Shown piece after piece: positions 27,673 to 36,900 of a stretch of 64,000 nucleotides of DNA. The stretch covers positions 1,409-65,408 of the forward strand of contig JAHEMN010000003.1 in the NCBI GenBank assembly GCA_024643645.1, in the 5' to 3' direction. Made by a program: the position numbers and the translations under genes. The notes under the pieces were generated by a model. That model was not told the DNA's origin and did not search any database. It worked only from the letters and a program-made list of their open reading frames with translations. The stretch's first letter is position 1. Each line of letters starts with the position of its first letter. This DNA comes from Chitinophagaceae bacterium. GTDB lineage: Bacteria > Bacteroidota > Bacteroidia > Chitinophagales > Chitinophagaceae.

Positions 27673-29109
27673 GTGATGACTGAAACAAAAACACAAGTTG
27701 AACAAACTGAATCCTTTCGTGACAGGATAGCAACTGTAGATGCAAAAGGAAAAAGGAAATGGGTATTTGCACAAAAACCCAAAGGGAGATTTTATAATAT
27801 CCGTACAATAGTTAGTCTTGGTTTTTTTGCTTTATTTTTTACTTTGCCGTTTTTAAAGTTCAATGGAAGGCCACTATTTTTATTTAATATCCCGGAAGCC
27901 AAGTTCATCATTTTTGGGAAAATATTCTGGCCACAGGATTTTTTCATCTTCGGCCTCACAATGGTCACTTTCATTATTTTCATTGTCCTTTTTACTGCAG
28001 CATTCGGAAGGCTTTTTTGCGGATGGGTATGTCCCCAAACCATTTTTATGGAAATGCTGTTTCGTAAAGTGGAATATTTGATAGAAGGAGATGCGGCCAA
28101 ACAAAAATTATTGAAAGCCTCACCATGGACCGGAGAAAAAATAAGAAAAAAAACTACCAAGCATACGGTATTTTTTATTCTGGCCTTTATTATCGCAAAT
28201 TTCTTTCTTGCCTATATTATTGGCATTGATGAACTGAAGAAAATAATAAGTGAGCCTGTTAGCCAGCACATGATAGGGTTTCTTTCTTTACTACTTTTCT
28301 CTGGAATTTTTTATGGCGTATATGCTTCCTTTCGTGAGCAAGTGTGTACTGTTGTTTGCCCTTATGGCAGATTACAAAGTGTATTACTTGATAGAAATTC
28401 TATGCTGGTTGCTTATGATTATAAAAGAGGGGAGCCAAGAGATAAGTATAAAAAAAATGCAGCGCCGGAATTAAATACCGGCGATTGTATTGATTGCTTT
28501 CAGTGTGTAAAAGTATGTCCAACAGGAATTGACATTCGAAATGGCACACAAATGGAATGTGTAGGTTGTACTGCCTGTATTGATGCTTGTGATAAAATGA
28601 TGGTAGCTGTTAACAGGCCAAAAGGGTTGATTCGATATGCTTCAGAGAGTGGAATATCTGAAGGAAAAAAATTACGGTATACAGGAAGAATGAAATTTTA
28701 TACATTCCTGCTAATTATATTATCTGGTATTCTTACATTATTATTATTGAGCCGAAAAGATATTGATGGTACGATTCTACGTACCAAGGGGTTAACTTAC
28801 CAGGAAAGAGGCACTGACAGTCTTTCTAATTTATTTAATATTAAAGTCATCAATAAGACAATAAAAGACATGCCTGTTACATTAAGACTTGAAGGTGAAG
28901 CACTGAATACCGGAAAAATAGAACTAGTTGGAGCAACAGATATTCATCTTAAACAAGAAGATCAGGCTACTGGTTCTTTTTTTGTAGTGCTACCAAGAAG
29001 CTTTGTTACAAAAAGAAAAATGAAAATCAGCATTGGTTTATATAATGGTGAGAAAAAAATAACCGCTCTTAATACAAATTTCACTGGGCCTTTCACCAGA
29101 AACAATTAA
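27673..29109 (+). CDS. ccoG: CcoG/FixG 4Fe-4S accessory protein
   Basis: CGWVCPQT, CPYGR, CIDCFQCVKVCP, CVGCTACIDAC. Confidence 0.95.
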   Translation: MMTETKTQVEQTESFRDRIATVDAKGKRKWVFAQKPKGRFYNIRTIVSLGFFALFFTLPFLKFNGRPLFLFNIPEAKFIIFGKIFWPQDFFIFGLTMVTFIIFIVLFTAAFGRLFCGWVCPQTIFMEMLFRKVEYLIEGDAAKQKLLKASPWTGEKIRKKTTKHTVFFILAFIIANFFLAYIIGIDELKKIISEPVSQHMIGFLSLLLFSGIFYGVYASFREQVCTVVCPYGRLQSVLLDRNSMLVAYDYKRGEPRDKYKKNAAPELNTGDCIDCFQCVKVCPTGIDIRNGTQMECVGCTACIDACDKMMVAVNRPKGLIRYASESGISEGKKLRYTGRMKFYTFLLIILSGILTLLLLSRKDIDGTILRTKGLTYQERGTDSLSNLFNIKVINKTIKDMPVTLRLEGEALNTGKIELVGATDIHLKQEDQATGSFFVVLPRSFVTKRKMKISIGLYNGEKKITALNTNFTGPFTRNN

Positions 29110-29121
29110 TAAAAATAAATT

Positions 29122-29559
29122 ATGAATTGGGGTAATAAGCTTTTAATAACATTTATCGTCTTTGCTATTGGCATGGCATATTTAGTATACCGATCAGTAA
29201 CAACCAATTTTGAATTAGTCGAAAATGATTATTACAAGCAAGAAATAGGTTACCAGCAGGTTATAGATGGAACTCTACAAGCAAATCAATTATCTTCTTC
29301 CATTCAGTTTCAGCAAACAGACAATGGCATCATTGTGCAACTACCTGATGAAATGAAGAATAAAACATTATCCGGAGAAATATGGTTTTATTGTGCCTAT
29401 GATCAAAAGAAAGACATAAAGATTTTGCTAGAAACCAATAAAGATGCAACACAGATTTTGGAAGCTGGTAAAATAAAACCTGGTAATTATACAGTTAAGA
29501 TAAATTGGGAAGATGATATCAATAAATATTATAGCGAAAAAAGCTTAACCGTTTTATAA
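29122..29559 (+). CDS. ccoH: FixH/CcoH family protein
   Basis: MNWG plus N-terminal helix and DYYKQE motif; follows ccoG. Confidence 0.85.
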   Translation: MNWGNKLLITFIVFAIGMAYLVYRSVTTNFELVENDYYKQEIGYQQVIDGTLQANQLSSSIQFQQTDNGIIVQLPDEMKNKTLSGEIWFYCAYDQKKDIKILLETNKDATQILEAGKIKPGNYTVKINWEDDINKYYSEKSLTVL

Positions 29560-30272
29560 TGCTATTACCGGTATTAATATCAGGGTTTACATTAGGCGCT
29601 GCTGGTAGTCTGCATTGTGTGGGTATGTGCGGGCCTTTAAGTCTTGCATTACCAGTTCATCAATTAACCGGAATTAAAAAATTCTTCTCTTTACTATTTT
29701 ATCAAATTGGAAGAATCGTTACATATTCAATTATCGGATTATTATTTGGATTAGCGGGTAGAAGAATCTATATATCGGGATACCAACAATCGTTTTCCAT
29801 TATAATGGGAATCGTTGTACTTTCTTTAGCTACTTTATATTTCTTTAGGAAAAGAACAATTCATCTTTCATTCATGAACCGTTTTTATGTTATGGTTCAA
29901 AATATAATTATCAGGCTCATCAAATCGGTCAATAATTCGTTCAGCTTCTTCCTGATGGGTTTGGCCAATGGATTATTACCCTGTGGAATGGTATATATTG
30001 CTATTGCTGCAACATTATCTCTATCAACTGTAACAGAAAGTGTAAGTTTTATGGCGATGTTTGGCGCCGGAACATTACCTGCAATGATGCTGATTGGCTA
30101 TGCCGGTCAAATGATAAAACCCGAATACAGAAGTTTTTTCAGAAAGCTTGTGCCTGTATTTATTACTCTGATGGGTATCGTTTTGATATTAAGAGGAATG
30201 AACCTGGGTATTCCTTATATCAGTCCTGAATTACCGATATCTCCCGGTGATGTAATTGAATGTCATCCATAA
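29559..30272 (+). CDS. TauE/SafE-like (DsbD_2) membrane protein of cbb3 clusters
   Basis: HCVGMCG and LLPCG motifs, multiple hydrophobic helices. Confidence 0.88.
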   Translation: MLLPVLISGFTLGAAGSLHCVGMCGPLSLALPVHQLTGIKKFFSLLFYQIGRIVTYSIIGLLFGLAGRRIYISGYQQSFSIIMGIVVLSLATLYFFRKRTIHLSFMNRFYVMVQNIIIRLIKSVNNSFSFFLMGLANGLLPCGMVYIAIAATLSLSTVTESVSFMAMFGAGTLPAMMLIGYAGQMIKPEYRSFFRKLVPVFITLMGIVLILRGMNLGIPYISPELPISPGDVIECHP

Positions 30273-30279
30273 AATAAAT

Positions 30280-30344
30280 TGACCATTCTCATTTAAAATT
30301 CTGATGAACATCAACATTTCATCATTTCATCAACGTTACTTTTA
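30280..30344 (+). promoter_or_regulatory. Tandem Crp/Fnr-like boxes plus -7 element with no downstream CDS (P7)
   Basis: TGAC-CATT-CTCA at 30280, TGAT-GAAC-ATCA at 30302, TACTTTTA at 30337. Confidence 0.72.
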
Positions 30345-30349
30345 TGCTT

Positions 30350-30436
30350 TAACACACATATAATGCTCACATCCGTGAGTAATTGTTGGTTTTTGTTTCA
30401 ATATCGAACCCCCGGCTCTCCGGGGGTTCTTGTTTT
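30350..30436 (+). ncRNA. Candidate low-oxygen-induced small RNA
   Basis: Lies between P7 and a 10-bp GC-rich terminator; internal hairpin CTCAC-atcc-GTGAG and a U-rich stretch; boundaries inferred. Confidence 0.5.
30406..30436 (+). terminator. Strong intrinsic terminator
   Basis: GAACCCCCGG-ctct-CCGGGGGTTC followed by TTGTTTT. Confidence 0.85.
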
Positions 30437-30480
30437 GGGATAAAACTACCTGGTAAGCTCCATTCAAATTCTCACTTATA

Positions 30481-30488
30481 TATCTTTG
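30481..30488 (+). promoter_or_regulatory. Bacteroidota -7 element just before trmD
   Basis: TATCTTTG matches TAnnTTTG, 4 nt before the ATG. Confidence 0.55.
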
Positions 30489-30492
30489 CTTC

Positions 30493-31173
30493 ATGCATAT
30501 CGATATTATTACTGTACTCCCGGAATTATTAGAAAGCCCATTCCAACATAGCATTATGAAAAGGGCTCAGGATAAAGGACTTTTGACTGTACAGGTACAT
30601 CAGCTTCGCAAATGGGCTGTAAATGAATATGGTATGGTAGATGACTATCAATATGGCGGCGGTGCGGGAATGGTAATGATGTGTGAACCACTTACAAAAG
30701 CAATTGAGGAATTATCTGCCAACAAAAAGTATGATGAGATCATTTTCCTTACTCCTGATGGTGAAACGTTTAATCAGAAAATGGCAAATTCTTTATCCTT
30801 GAAAGAAAGTTTATTACTTATATGTGGGCATTACAAAGGAATTGATGAAAGGATAAGAGAGCATTTTGTAACAAAAGAGATCTCAATTGGTGATTATGTT
30901 TTAAGTGGAGGAGAATTACCAGCTGCAATTTTAGTGGATGCAATTGGCCGCTTATTACCCGGCGTTTTAAATGACGAAACTTCTGCATTGACTGATTCAT
31001 TTCAGGATAATTTGTTAGCCCCTCCTGTTTATACCCGGCCCGTTGATTATAGAGGCTGGAAAGTGCCGGATATTTTAATGAGTGGCGATCATAAAAAGAT
31101 AGAAGAATGGCGACATGAACAATCACTGATAAGAACAAAAGAAAGAAGGCCGGATCTTCCTGAAAATCAGTAA
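30493..31173 (+). CDS. trmD: tRNA (guanine37-N1)-methyltransferase
   Basis: [37 protein letters not shown]. Confidence 0.97.
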   Translation: MHIDIITVLPELLESPFQHSIMKRAQDKGLLTVQVHQLRKWAVNEYGMVDDYQYGGGAGMVMMCEPLTKAIEELSANKKYDEIIFLTPDGETFNQKMANSLSLKESLLLICGHYKGIDERIREHFVTKEISIGDYVLSGGELPAAILVDAIGRLLPGVLNDETSALTDSFQDNLLAPPVYTRPVDYRGWKVPDILMSGDHKKIEEWRHEQSLIRTKERRPDLPENQ

Positions 31174-31345
31174 TTGTTTAACTTTTGTTGATAGCCAACA
31201 GATTAGGTTTACACATTAACAAAACTCAGGTTTTTATTAGCTGGAATAGCTTATTTTCACGCCTTCTTTATTCTCCGGATAACTCAAAAAGGACAAAAGA
31301 AAATTAGTAGCAGATAACCAGAGAAAGAAATACTTAAAAAATTAC

Positions 31346-32398
31346 ATGAAGGCACTGAGCACTCTTAAAGATCCTGTATATGTTGAGCCAACCAAATTCA
31401 GCAGATACGAGAGATTCTGGTTAAAATATATCAATGATAAAAGGGATCTACCTTTTATTCATTTATTAACTGCTATTCACATTTTTGTGATACCGGCAGC
31501 AATCATTTTATATACTCCTTTATTACAAGGCTGGTATTGGTGGTTATTATATGTACCTTATTTCTACCTTTCTCAAATGTATTTTAAAGGACGATTTGGC
31601 CTTATGCTTCATTGCATAAGTCATCGTAAACTATTTGCAAAAGGATATACCTGGTTATACAACTATACTATTTGGTTTGTATGCCCATTTTTTGGACATA
31701 CTCCTGAAACTTATTTTGTGCATCATATGGCTATGCACCATGTGGAAAACAACCAGGAAGATGATGCCAGCAGCACATTAAAATACAGAAGAGACAGTCT
31801 TGTTGATTTTCTTAAATACGTTGGCCGCTTTTTAGTGATGGGTTTTGTGGATACATTTATGTACCTCTTCAACCGAAAACGTAAGAAGTTGTATATGCGT
31901 CTTACTTATGGCGAAATGGCTTTTTATTTATTCTGCGTTGGAATGTCATTCGTAAATTTTCATGCTACACTTTTTGTTTTCATAATACCCTTTGTTTTTG
32001 CAAGAATAGTGATGATGCTGGGTAATTGGGCACAGCATTCTTTTGTTGATAAAGACAATACAGAAGATAATTTTACCAGTGCTATTAATTGTATCAATAC
32101 CAAGTATAATCAAATGTGCTGGAATGACGGATACCATACAGTACACCATCTTCGCCCTGCAATGCATTATACAGACATACCCGGAGAGTTTTTAAAACTG
32201 AAAGATCAGTTTGTAGAAAAAAAGACTTTCATATTTGATGGTGTTCATTATCTGCACATTTTTGTTTGGCTAATGACCAAACGTTATGATAAACTTGCCG
32301 ATAATCTTGTAAATATTGATAACAAAACATTTACCAACAGAGAAGAAGCAATTGCTTTGATGAAAGAGCGAACAAAAAAAATAAAACAAACTGCATAA
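31346..32398 (+). CDS. Membrane fatty acid desaturase family protein
   Basis: Three His boxes HCISH, HMAMHH, HTVHH. Confidence 0.88.
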   Translation: MKALSTLKDPVYVEPTKFSRYERFWLKYINDKRDLPFIHLLTAIHIFVIPAAIILYTPLLQGWYWWLLYVPYFYLSQMYFKGRFGLMLHCISHRKLFAKGYTWLYNYTIWFVCPFFGHTPETYFVHHMAMHHVENNQEDDASSTLKYRRDSLVDFLKYVGRFLVMGFVDTFMYLFNRKRKKLYMRLTYGEMAFYLFCVGMSFVNFHATLFVFIIPFVFARIVMMLGNWAQHSFVDKDNTEDNFTSAINCINTKYNQMCWNDGYHTVHHLRPAMHYTDIPGEFLKLKDQFVEKKTFIFDGVHYLHIFVWLMTKRYDKLADNLVNIDNKTFTNREEAIALMKERTKKIKQTA

Positions 32399-32424
32399 AA
32401 AAAGGGCTTCATAAGAAGCCCTTT
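32397..32424. terminator. Bidirectional terminator between convergent genes
   Basis: AAAGGGCTTC-ataa-GAAGCCCTTT with upstream A-tract. Confidence 0.8.
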
Positions 32425-32469
32425 AAATTTTCATACGAATTCTCTACTGGTTACTGTTATGAAATTGTT

Positions 32470-33051
32470 TTAAAAAGGAGAAGCCATATATGGGAATGAG
32501 GCTAGAAACGGTTTATCATTATTATTTACATTATCACTTGTTAATCCCGGATTAGATCCGCCAGTTGCTCCTCCAAAGATCAACGTTAGCTCAACATCAA
32601 TAACATCGTCACCTAAGGCTCTGCCGGTAAGCACATTTGTACCATCAAAAAAAGTGGTAACACCTGTTGTACTGGCACCTAATACATCAGTTGCCAAAAC
32701 ACCTGCAAATGCATCTGCATTTAATCCTAAAATATTTGTCGTATACCCAAATGCGTTTAGCTTATTTACAAATTCAGTTCGAAATGCAGCATCCATTTGA
32801 GAAGGTACTGTTGTATTGAATTCATTTTTCCGCATTGCGCCTACAAATACTGTATTGATCGCCGGTCGGCCCATTTGATCCCTTTGTTCATATCGTTCTG
32901 CAAAAGGAGGTGTTCCTTTTGATGCAGTTTCTGTATTAAGTCTGTTATAGTTTTCATTTTCCTGAAGATTTTTTTGACAAGCACTTAATGTAAATACAGC
33001 AACAGCAACTATACTTATTTTTCTGATTGAAAGAATATTATTTTTTTTCAT
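32470..33051 (-). CDS. DUF4331-like lipoprotein (C-terminal part)
   Basis: Lipobox LSAC; DQMGRPAINTVF, GRALGDDVID, FPYMASP. Confidence 0.8.
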   Translation of the reverse strand: MKKNNILSIRKISIVAVAVFTLSACQKNLQENENYNRLNTETASKGTPPFAERYEQRDQMGRPAINTVFVGAMRKNEFNTTVPSQMDAAFRTEFVNKLNAFGYTTNILGLNADAFAGVLATDVLGASTTGVTTFFDGTNVLTGRALGDDVIDVELTLIFGGATGGSNPGLTSDNVNNNDKPFLASFPYMASPF

Positions 33052-33084
33052 TTTAATTTATTTGAAAAGTTTATTAAGAATTTT

Positions 33085-33750
33085 TTATCTGCCGCTTACT
33101 TTTTCCTTACTCTCAGCCCAAACATTAATTGAACCATTTCCTCCAAGCATTGATTTAGGCACTTCCACTACCAGGCCCAGCACATTCGTACCGGCAAAAG
33201 TGTCATTACCTGTTTCATTAAACGAAGCTGCTGTACCACCAATGATCTGACTATAACGAACAAAATCAAAGAAGAATGGATCATCACGGGGTCCTGCAAA
33301 GACCTTAACGCCTTTCTGCTCACCTATTATAGCTGGTTGTCCATAAGGTGTAATATCAACTTGTGCTGTAAAATTGTTGATGCCTAAATAACTTGTTGTA
33401 CCAGGTTCATTAGGTTTAAACGGACCATACACTTTCATTTTACCATTTTTGGCTACGCACTGAATAACCAGATCTTCAACAGCATCACCATTATTATCAA
33501 TGTTAAATTCGATCATTGTGTTTTCATCAAATTTTGCATTGGCTGTTGCATCCGGAGAAAGTAATCCCTGTGTGTTTGCAACAAAAACTATGTTATCGGT
33601 ATTCTGTCCACGAAAAACATAAACATCCGTTATATCAGAAGCCTGACCTGTAACAGCCGGCGCATCAATGTGATCTGCCGCCATTAAAATACTGCCGGAA
33701 ACTATTATAATACCCGCAGCTAATGAAAGCAGTAATTTTTTCTTTTTCAT
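33085..33750 (-). CDS. DUF4331 family secreted protein (N-terminal part)
   Basis: AADHIDAP, DITDVYVF, FAGPRDDPFFFD, DTFAGTNV. Confidence 0.85.
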   Translation of the reverse strand: MKKKKLLLSLAAGIIIVSGSILMAADHIDAPAVTGQASDITDVYVFRGQNTDNIVFVANTQGLLSPDATANAKFDENTMIEFNIDNNGDAVEDLVIQCVAKNGKMKVYGPFKPNEPGTTSYLGINNFTAQVDITPYGQPAIIGEQKGVKVFAGPRDDPFFFDFVRYSQIIGGTAASFNETGNDTFAGTNVLGLVVEVPKSMLGGNGSINVWAESKEKVSGR

Positions 33751-33861
33751 TTTTTTTGATTTAAAGATTTAAAATAATACATGTTATAAAATATCAACTA
33801 TATAAAAATTTCATCGGGAGGGACTTAGAAAACAGGATTCGAAAGTGTATTCTTAAACACA

Positions 33862-33887
33862 TACGGCGTCAGATTAATTCCGGATTG
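33862..33887 (-). promoter_or_regulatory. Candidate ECF-sigma promoter
   Basis: Minus strand CAATCC-N15-CCGTA upstream of the DUF4331 pair. Confidence 0.5.
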
Positions 33888-33913
33888 AATTTGTTAAAAT
33901 AATTATTTGCAAC

Positions 33914-33945
33914 AAAAAAGGGGTTGCCAATTGACAACCCCTTTT
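33914..33945 (-). terminator. Intrinsic terminator after BNR-repeat gene
   Basis: AAAAGGGGTTG-8nt-CAACCCCTTTT. Confidence 0.75.
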
Positions 33946-33962
33946 ATAAAGCCTTTTGATGG

Positions 33963-36900
33963 TTATTCCTTTTTGATTCCGATTACCGGCAGGTGCTTTT
34001 CCCTTATTAATTGATTCAATGACTTTAAATCATCTTCCATTATTTTCTTAAGTTTTTCCAATTGAACATCGATCTGTCCTCCTATAACAACATATGCTTC
34101 TTTCATTTGCTTTGCCAAAACTCCATTACCAGCCTGTGCATTACCATACAATCCACTAAGTTTATCATCAAGCCGAATAGGATAATTCAATACATCCTGA
34201 CCGCTTTTTGCTTTTGTCTGGTGTAGTGCCTCTTCTACAGAAGTCATTTTCTTATCAATACTATCCATCATGATATTAACCTCTTTTACTGAATCAGCCG
34301 CCCACTTATCTTTATACTCTTTCATCTGACTTCTTATCTCTTTAATATTTTTTAATGCCTTGATCGTTTCACTGAATTTATCCCTTGCTGTGATCAGAAA
34401 ATCAAATTGTTCTTCATACTCTGCAGCAGTAACTTTATAATTTGGATCACCTAGTATCTTGAATGGAATTTCAACAGAATCTTTCCCCATTTTGAATACA
34501 GCAAAATAATTTCCAGGAATCGCTTTTGGCCCTGAAACATTTCCATTCCATACGATCATGCCTTCAGGAATTTTTTCCGCATCAGTATAATTCATATTCC
34601 ATACAAACTGATTTAGACCAGTATTTATTTCTATCTTATTTTCTTTTGAAGAGGTACTGAAAGTCTTGATCTCTTTTTTCATATTATCCTTTATTACTAC
34701 TAATAATTTTGTAGAATCATCAATAGACTTCAGATAAAATGGAATTACAATACCGCTTGGCGGATTCATTCCTACATTATTTTGTGAACCACCAAACCCT
34801 CTGCCTCCCCCCTGCATTCTGTATGCAGAATGTGGAGTAAAGACATGCCATTGTTTATCAGCGATAGCATCACTTGCTTGTTGTACCACACTCAGATCAT
34901 CCAGAATATAAATACTTCTGCCCTGTGTCCCAACGATCAGATCATTATCTTTTATAGCAAGATCTGTAACTGATAAAGTAGGAAGGTTCAACTGAAATGG
35001 TTTCCAATTAGCTCCATCATCATAACTTATATACATGCCATATTCAGTTCCTCCATATAACAGACCTTGTTTCTTTTTATCTGCCCGGATAGCTCTTGAA
35101 AAATGCAACCGGTTTATTCCGTTATCTATTCGTTTCCAGGTCTTCCCATAATCCTCAGTTTTATAAATGTATGGTTCAAAATCATCCAGCTTATATCTTG
35201 TACCAACAAAATAAGCAGCCCCTTTTTTAAAAGGATCTGCTTCAACACAATTCCACATTATCCATTTCGGGCAATCTTTTGGTGTTACATTCTCCCAGTT
35301 CTTACCACCATCTCTACTTACATGTATCAATCCATCATCACTGCCAGACCACAACAGATCCTTTTCGTATTCACTCTCTGTAGCAGTAAAAATGGTGCAA
35401 TAGTATTCCACACCTGTATTATCTTTTGTAATTGGTCCGCCACTGGGTGCTTGCCTGGTTTTATCATTCGTTGTAAGATCAGGGCTTATCATTTCCCAGC
35501 TTCTTCCTTCATTTTCAGAAACGAATAAATGATTTCCTGCAGCATATAATCTCTTTGGATTATGTGGTGAGAAAAAAATCGGATAGTTCCATTGAAAGCG
35601 GTATTTCTGCACATCAGCACCTGCACCAATACCATCATCAGGCCATACATTAATTTGTCTTCTTTCATTTGTTTTATGATCTACTCTCGCCATAAAACCC
35701 ATATAACTGCCACCATAGGTAATATCAGGATTAGTTGGATCTGCCACCACATAACCACTTTCTCCTCCTGCAGTTGCTTCAAAATCATCTTCAGTAATTG
35801 CATTTCCATATGTTCTGGAACGAATTCTGAAAGCACTGTTATCCTGTTGACCACCAAGAATGCGATATGGGAATGCATTGTCAGTACTCACTCTGTACAC
35901 CTGAACAGTTGGTTGATTTAAATAGGTACTCCAATTTGCTCCTGCATCAAATGACACCTGTGCTCCTCCGTCATCTGCAATGATCATACGGTTCGGATCC
36001 TGTGGATCGATCCACAGATCATGATGATCACCATGCGGCGTTCTGATACTTTTAAAAGTTTTACCACCATCAGTACTGAACATGAAACCTACATTGGGAC
36101 AGTACAATTTATTTTCATTCTTAGGGTCTACAAATACTTTACTGTAATACCAGGCTCTCTGACGGATATTATTATCACTGCTTTGCAAGGTCCAGTTTTC
36201 ACCTGCATCTGTGCTTACAAATAATCCACCTTTTGCATTCTCAATCAACGCATACAACTTATCTGTATTAGAAGGCGCAACTGCTACTCCTACAATTCCC
36301 CAGGTATCTTTTGGCAATCCTCTGGCAGTAGAAATATTTTTCCAGGTCTCTCCTCCATCTGTACTTTTCCATAATCCACTTCCATCTCCACCGCTTTCCA
36401 TACTGTGTGGTGTTCTTATCACCCTCCAGGTACCTGCATATAATACCAATGGATTACCGGGCTCCATCACCAATTCACTACATCCGGTTTGATTGTTTAC
36501 ATACAATACTTTTTTCCAGGTTTTACCGCCATCTGTAGTTTTAAAAACCCCTCTCTCTTCATTGGGTCCGAATAAATGACCCATTACCGCAGCCCAAACT
36601 ATATCAGGATTCTTTGGATGAATGATAATTCGAATAATATGTCTGCCATCCTTTAAACCAAGGTTTCTCCAATTCTTTCCACCATCATCTGTACGCCATA
36701 TACCTCCCAATCCTTCACTAACGTTACCCCTCATGGTATGTTCTCCTTCACCGGCATAAATGATCGTTTCATCAGAAGGGGATACGGCAACTGAACCGAT
36801 AGAACCTCCAAAGAACTTATCAGATATATTCATCCAGTTACTTCCACCATCAGTAGTTTTCCAAACACCCCCACCTACTCCACCGAAATAAAAGGTATTC

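Noticed and set aside
30363-30443. 26-codon ORF MLTSVSNCWFLFQYRTPGSPGVLVLG after P7
   Set aside because: Its stop lies beyond the intrinsic terminator, so a terminated RNA would lack a stop; kept only as an alternative to test by Ribo-seq
30342-30554. 70-aa minus-strand ORF over the sRNA candidate
   Set aside because: Starts inside trmD on the opposite strand, crosses a GC hairpin and has no recognisable features
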